From contig NKIB01012750.1 in assembly GCA_002256025.1 (NCBI GenBank), positions 1 through 64,000 of the forward strand: a stretch of 64,000 bases of DNA. The letters run 5' to 3'. The translations under genes were made by a program, and so were the position numbers. How positions within the stretch are numbered: position 1 is the first letter of the stretch; every line of letters begins with the position of its first letter. The notes below the pieces were generated by a model that was given only the letters and a program-made list of their open reading frames with translations, made no database searches and was not told the DNA's origin. Origin of the DNA: Asterionella formosa (Eukaryota). Positions 58,989 to 64,000 of this stretch are shown in pieces.

Positions 58989-60044
58989 ATGAAATGGTTT
59001 TCTGGCGCTTGTTGGGCCTTTTGCGCAGTTTGTACGGCTCCTTCGTTGTTGCAGCCCAACAGAAATTTGTCACTGTCACTGCGAGGTGGAGGCGGTGCAG
59101 CCGGGAAATCCGTAACATCTCTGGTATATCGTCTTGGCATCTTGCTGAGATCGAAGCCAATCATTCGAAACAGTTTGGCCTGCATGTGTCTCTCTGCCAT
59201 TGGCGATATATTGGCACAACGATTTGAATTATTGCAAAATGCAAAAGCAAGGAAAGCGACGCACAATGCGATAAAGACAACTAACAACGCAAACGACCAA
59301 GAACTTGAGCTTCTCAATTTAAATCGAACGTTGACGCTGGCGTCCTTTGGACTGATCGTGGCAGGACCGTTGTATTCCATGTGGTACCCGTTTTTGGAGG
59401 GATTGTGTCATCCCTGGTCCTTGTCGAAATACGGACTTTGGGCCACACCGATTGCCAAAATGATGATTGAAATGACTTTTCTAGAACCACTATTTTTGTC
59501 ATTATTCTTTGGATACATGACATTGGCCGAAGGAGGGACTGTGGAAATGTATCAACACAAAATGGCATCGGAATTCTTACCGACCTACAAGACCAGTTTG
59601 GCTGTGTGGCCGCCCTACATGTTGGTAAGCTTTCGGTTCGTTCCTGTTGCAGCTCAAACCATTGCTATGAATTTGGCAATGGCCTTTTGGGATGCTTTTC
59701 TATCTTATCAAAATGCACGAACCATGATGTTACTGTCCTTGATGGAGGAAACCATTGAGGATTCGACCCGAAGTAAAACGCTTTCACCGTCCGCATTGCT
59801 CCAAGAGATTAGTGTTACTACAAATACAAGCACTCATTCATATCTTAGACCGAACGTCCAGGAGGATAAACCAACCTTTGATCGAATGGGAGTACCAACT
59901 TCTCGGTTGGGTCAACCCACCACCAAGAACAACGACGTTCAGAACAGTAGCATTCAAGAAGACGAGAGGATCACGGACGACGACGACAAGGACGATGAAT
60001 GGAACTCACAAGACGAGGAAAATGAGGTATATGCGACTGATTAG
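58989..60044 (+). CDS. Mpv17/PMP22 family membrane protein with N-terminal signal-like segment and acidic tail
   Basis: AIGDILAQ, GPLYSMWYPFLE, KMMIEMTFLEP, LAVWPPYMLVSFRFVP and FWDAFLSY follow the Mpv17/PMP22 pattern. Confidence 0.85.
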   Translation: MKWFSGACWAFCAVCTAPSLLQPNRNLSLSLRGGGGAAGKSVTSLVYRLGILLRSKPIIRNSLACMCLSAIGDILAQRFELLQNAKARKATHNAIKTTNNANDQELELLNLNRTLTLASFGLIVAGPLYSMWYPFLEGLCHPWSLSKYGLWATPIAKMMIEMTFLEPLFLSLFFGYMTLAEGGTVEMYQHKMASEFLPTYKTSLAVWPPYMLVSFRFVPVAAQTIAMNLAMAFWDAFLSYQNARTMMLLSLMEETIEDSTRSKTLSPSALLQEISVTTNTSTHSYLRPNVQEDKPTFDRMGVPTSRLGQPTTKNNDVQNSSIQEDERITDDDDKDDEWNSQDEENEVYATD

Positions 60045-60576
60045 AAATCATTAAATTCTTGTCGCAATCATGTTTATACTTTGATCAATATGCTACACTA
60101 TGTAGCAGTCTATGTCATGTAACTCTTTATCATCACAGGGGAGCTCCTTTCGATTCATTTTCAGATCAAGCGCTCTCCCTTCACCTAACCTGTGATATAC
60201 TCATGCACAGTAGAATAGCTCTTGAGTTGTTAAAACGATTCTAAGAGCAATGCATCAATCCCACAAACTTCAATGATTCCAGACAATTCAAACTTATCAC
60301 TTTGATCACATCCCATTTATAAAATGGCATTTGTACATAATGGCAGGCATGAGATCCAAAAATTAATGTCCTAGATTAGTCTTGGTTTTTACGGAGCTCC
60401 TACTAAAAGGATGGCAGGAGAGTGTATGTGTGGAGAATAGTCTACAGGTTGCCTCGAAAACTTCAGTCGCAGCCATACCATAAATTTATACCCTTTTTCA
60501 ATTTTAGAAAAATTGACTAAGATACTAAATTAGTACATTCATTGAACTAGTAGTGCCTTGTTGTTTTATGTGAGCC

Positions 60577-60695
60577 GGTCAGGAGTGTGGGAGTTGCACC
60601 AAGTAATTGCTTCTCAATTAAATTGCGGGAATTGAACCACACAACTTTAGATCAAACGCAATGTGGTCAACCAACTACCGTATCAAGCCATTGCC
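60577..60695 (-). mobile_element. Second copy of the tRNA-like SINE head
   Basis: Reverse complement GGCAATGGCTT...ACCACATTGCGTTTGATCT...GGTTCAATTCC...TTGAGAAGCA...GGGTGCAACTCCCACACTCCT aligns with 56495-56607. Confidence 0.7.
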
Positions 60696-62200
60696 TTGCT
60701 GTCACTAGATTCGTAGCAGACAAAGTTGGCAAAATAACATGACTAACCAAAGATGTGGCGGCTGGGCGCTTTAAACTGGGAACGGAAACATTGGGCAATA
60801 TGACTAGGAGGAAAAGACGAGCAGAGGAGAAGGAGAGTGAGAAAGCGAATCAGAAAGTTATGGATTATAAAACAACGTGAAACAAGGTGCAAAGGATCAG
60901 AGTGCTTAACAAACAGCCACACAAATGGATGGTGGCACAAACAAAAACGATGGTGTTGGGGTAGTACAAACAAATTGGCGATGCACACATGACCTGCAAC
61001 AAAACAACTACCACTGCTTACCAGGTATGTTGATACAATGGGACATGGCGATGCACCAGTCCAGTTGTCAGAGCCATACTGCCACCAGCAGCCTCAGCTG
61101 AAGAGGACAACAAGGATGGAAGTTGTGGTGACAGAAGTGTGATTTATGTGTTTGCATAATAAATTGATGTCAGTTGGCATAATAAATTGGAGAAACTATG
61201 GAAAATGAAGCGCAATGTTTTCTAAATGTTTACAATTAGTACATAAAATGATGTATACATGATAAAAAATATAATGCCTTTTAAGTCCACTAAAATGCAA
61301 AATGAACGACTTAAGAAGTTCGATATCATAAGATATATACTTGAAATTGTTGCAATTTTTAGTTTCCAAGTACTTGCATGCTTTAGTTCATTCCAATTCA
61401 AAGGGTTTTAATTGGGGTTGGCTGAACATTTTTCTAATTTTAGTCCAAAACGGGGTAATATACCGGTATATAGTGGTCTTGGACAGTTTTTGATTGGTAC
61501 CAGGTACCCACGCGGCAGGTACCTTTAGTCTACTTGTTCCTACGTTTTTCTCTCTCTGTATGATAAACCAACAGCCAGGAGGGAAAGAGGTGAGCGAGGT
61601 GGCAACTAGTACTAGGTAGGTACCTGGTAACAGCGGATACAAGCAACTGTGTACATGCATACAAATGATACTGCAACTGTTAGAATTCCCGTTCATGTAG
61701 CTTCATAAATATCATTCGGAGTACGATAGTAAACCCTAGCTAAGTAATTGCTCGATGCTCACAGTGTTATTATTCAGAACAACAATGACGATCAAAGAAG
61801 CCTCGTCGTAGGAATGACAACGACGATCAAAGAAACAGAAGGCAAGGAATATGTACTGTGTATGGCATTCGAATTCGTGTACCATGCATATTGCACGCAC
61901 TAACTAGTGCGAGCTACATAATGGGAATCAAATGCAGGAACCTAATAGCTCTACACATACCGGTATACAGTACTGGTTTTCCGTTTTCATGCGAATGTGA
62001 CACAGACTATCTGAGCATTCCCGTGCTTACCGGTAACAAATGACCGGGTAGAGTCTACATATTTTCTAAGGTCCGACTCTACTTGCGCGTGACGTTTGCT
62101 TCGAGAGGATCAACACAATGTGAGACAAAATTGAACATTGTATAGGAACAGGTGCCTCATGACACATGACACACCAGTAGAAGTGATCATTTCCAGCATA

Positions 62201-62260
62201 GCAGCAAGCAGCAAGCAGCAAGCAACAAGCAACAAGCAACAAGCAACAAGCAACAAGCAA
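62201..62260. repeat. 7-bp microsatellite (GCARCAA)n immediately before the ABCG start codon
   Basis: GCAGCAA x3 then GCAACAA x5, ending about 8 bp before ATG 62269. Confidence 0.9.
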
Positions 62261-62268
62261 ACCATAGC

Positions 62269-64000
62269 ATGCCTCCTCAAGACGATGACAAGGACGGCTC
62301 CACTGCCTTGCGGAGCAGCAAACTTGCGAGACGAACAGTGACCCTCGTTGAACTCGAGCTGCAGAATGTCACGTATGCTCCGATGACGGCGTCCACATCT
62401 TCGTCTACAAAAGTCCGCAAGACCATTCTCAGCAACATTTCCACCAAAATTGAACCTTATCAGCTCTCTGCGTGGATGGGACCCAGCGGAAGTGGCAAGA
62501 CGTCCCTCATTTCGGTGGCAGCTGGATTGACCAAGGCTGGAGACTTGTTGGACGACTCCACCATTTTGATCAATGGCGAACAAGGTCGACTGCCCAAACG
62601 GATGGTCGGCGTCGTTTGGCAAGATGATTTGCTCTTGTCCAACCTGAGTGTGGAAGAGACCATCTACTTTTCAGCGCGCTTGAAGTCGCCCAAAGCGGTC
62701 TCGGAGGCGGAGGTGCGACAAGGGGTGGAACAAACAATGCAGGAATTGGGATTGACTCATGTACGTCACTCTCTCATTGGAAATGCAGCAGTGCGAGGAA
62801 TATCCGGGGGCGAGCGCAAGCGAGTAGCGGTTGCATCGGAACTGGTCGTGCGCCCTGCCTTGCTCTTTTTGGACGAGCCTACCTCGAATCTGGACGCCAC
62901 GTCTGCTCAAGCCCTCATGGCGACCCTCAAGGACTTGGCGACCATGGGACACGCTATTGCTGTCGTAATACATCAACCTAGGACTGCCATTTACAACCTT
63001 TTGGACCATGTGTTGTTGTTGAGTCAAGGCTGTGTGGTGTTTGATGGCAAGGCGTCGTGCGCAAGGGCATATTTGGAAGCTGTGCCGGGGATCGGAACTT
63101 TGCCTGCAGAGACTGGCATTGCGGATTGGATGATGGATACTATAGTGGAAGAAGAGCGACGAGAAACAGGGGACAATGCTTTGTTAGAACATTGGAACGC
63201 CAAATCTGTGAAGAACGAACAAGATGGGGAAAGCCACTGTCCACTTGCGTTCCAACCGCCAAAGCGCCAAATGTCTACTCTCCGAGAACTTCACGCGATT
63301 CCAAAGTTTGAGTCTTCGTTTTGGACACAGCTACGTCTCTTGACCGCTCGCACTATCAAGCAGCAGCGAGGAGAACGTCTCACTCGAGTAGCAGCACTTT
63401 TGACTCTTGCATATGTACTTTTCACTGGATTGTTCTGGTGGCGCATGCCAGACAACACATCAAGAATATATCAACGAAATTCTCTTCTTTTTTTCTTGCT
63501 GATTGCTCTTTCAAATGGTGTTGTCTTGGCAAGTATGACTGTATTTCAGCAAGAGCGAGCCCTGTTGGAACGAGAACGAGCAAAAAAATTGTATCGCGTC
63601 TTGCCATACTTTTTAGCCAAGACAGCTTCGGATATGACCAATACAGTGCTTTTGCCCTGCATCAATGTTGGCGTGGTCTATTGGGTTGCCAACTTGAGAC
63701 CCACGGCGATCGCCTTTTTGCAATTTTTGGTGGCATTTTACTTGACGCTCTCGACAGCCCAGTCCATGGGTTTATTTCTTAGCATTGCCATCCCCAGCAT
63801 GAGTATTGCTTTGATTATTGCTCCAGCGATTACTCTATTCTTCATGATTATGGGGGGATTTTACATTCCATTTCAAAATATGTATCCATTCCTACAGGGT
63901 TTGTCTTGGTTGTCCTTTGCAAGATATGGGTATTCCTCCTTTATCGTAAATGAATATGCCGGTCGAGACATTCCATGCGTGGAAGGAGATGCCGCAATTT
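62269..64000 (+). CDS. ABCG (White/BCRP-type) half transporter, 3' end beyond the window
   Basis: ATG 62269 (MPPQDDDK); Walker A GPSGSGKT, signature ISGGERKRV, Walker B LLFLDEPTSNLD, H-loop VIHQPR, then an ABC2-type TM region (FQQERALLERER). Missing from the ORF track because it has no stop in the window. Confidence 0.93.
   Translation, partial: MPPQDDDKDGSTALRSSKLARRTVTLVELELQNVTYAPMTASTSSSTKVRKTILSNISTKIEPYQLSAWMGPSGSGKTSLISVAAGLTKAGDLLDDSTILINGEQGRLPKRMVGVVWQDDLLLSNLSVEETIYFSARLKSPKAVSEAEVRQGVEQTMQELGLTHVRHSLIGNAAVRGISGGERKRVAVASELVVRPALLFLDEPTSNLDATSAQALMATLKDLATMGHAIAVVIHQPRTAIYNLLDHVLLLSQGCVVFDGKASCARAYLEAVPGIGTLPAETGIADWMMDTIVEEERRETGDNALLEHWNAKSVKNEQDGESHCPLAFQPPKRQMSTLRELHAIPKFESSFWTQLRLLTARTIKQQRGERLTRVAALLTLAYVLFTGLFWWRMPDNTSRIYQRNSLLFFLLIALSNGVVLASMTVFQQERALLERERAKKLYRVLPYFLAKTASDMTNTVLLPCINVGVVYWVANLRPTAIAFLQFLVAFYLTLSTAQSMGLFLSIAIPSMSIALIIAPAITLFFMIMGGFYIPFQNMYPFLQGLSWLSFARYGYSSFIVNEYAGRDIPCVEGDAAI

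Noticed and set aside
62110..63782. Short ORFs listed across the ABCG locus, and similar antisense or alternate-frame ORFs inside GBF1, Man II and IDE
   Set aside because: Shadows of the real long CDS with no independent motifs.

Overview
Eukaryotic nuclear DNA, most likely from a diatom or related photosynthetic stramenopile. This is an inference from short GT-AG introns, a bipartite signal-peptide+Phe plastid presequence and a copia gag/protease relic. About 13 intact genes are visible: an ER-type FKBP, a GBF1-like Sec7 ARF-GEF, a PX-BAR sorting nexin, a class-3 lipase, a GH38 alpha-mannosidase II, RPS9, CHMP1/Did2, a small Cys-rich plastid protein, a USP8/AMSH-N-like protein, two S1 serine proteases, insulysin and an Mpv17/PMP22 protein. 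An ABCG half-transporter runs off the right edge. The AT-rich spacers carry a CYP7/8-like P450 pseudogene, a copia relic with a TSD-flanked solo LTR, several MITE-like families and tRNA-headed SINE-like repeats. The most notable observations are: (1) one reading frame fusing Golgi alpha-mannosidase II to a complete GnT-II/MGAT2-like glycosyltransferase, two consecutive N-glycan steps; (2) a USP8/AMSH-type N-terminal domain joined to a candidate papain-like Cys/His/Asp domain, a possible new deubiquitinase architecture; (3) modular tRNA-derived SINE-like elements; (4) a GTACCAG/CTGGTAC heptamer clustered upstream of nearly every intact gene; (5) ~125-145 bp tandem duplications at three gene 3' ends. 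All calls come from motif recognition by eye; no searches were run.
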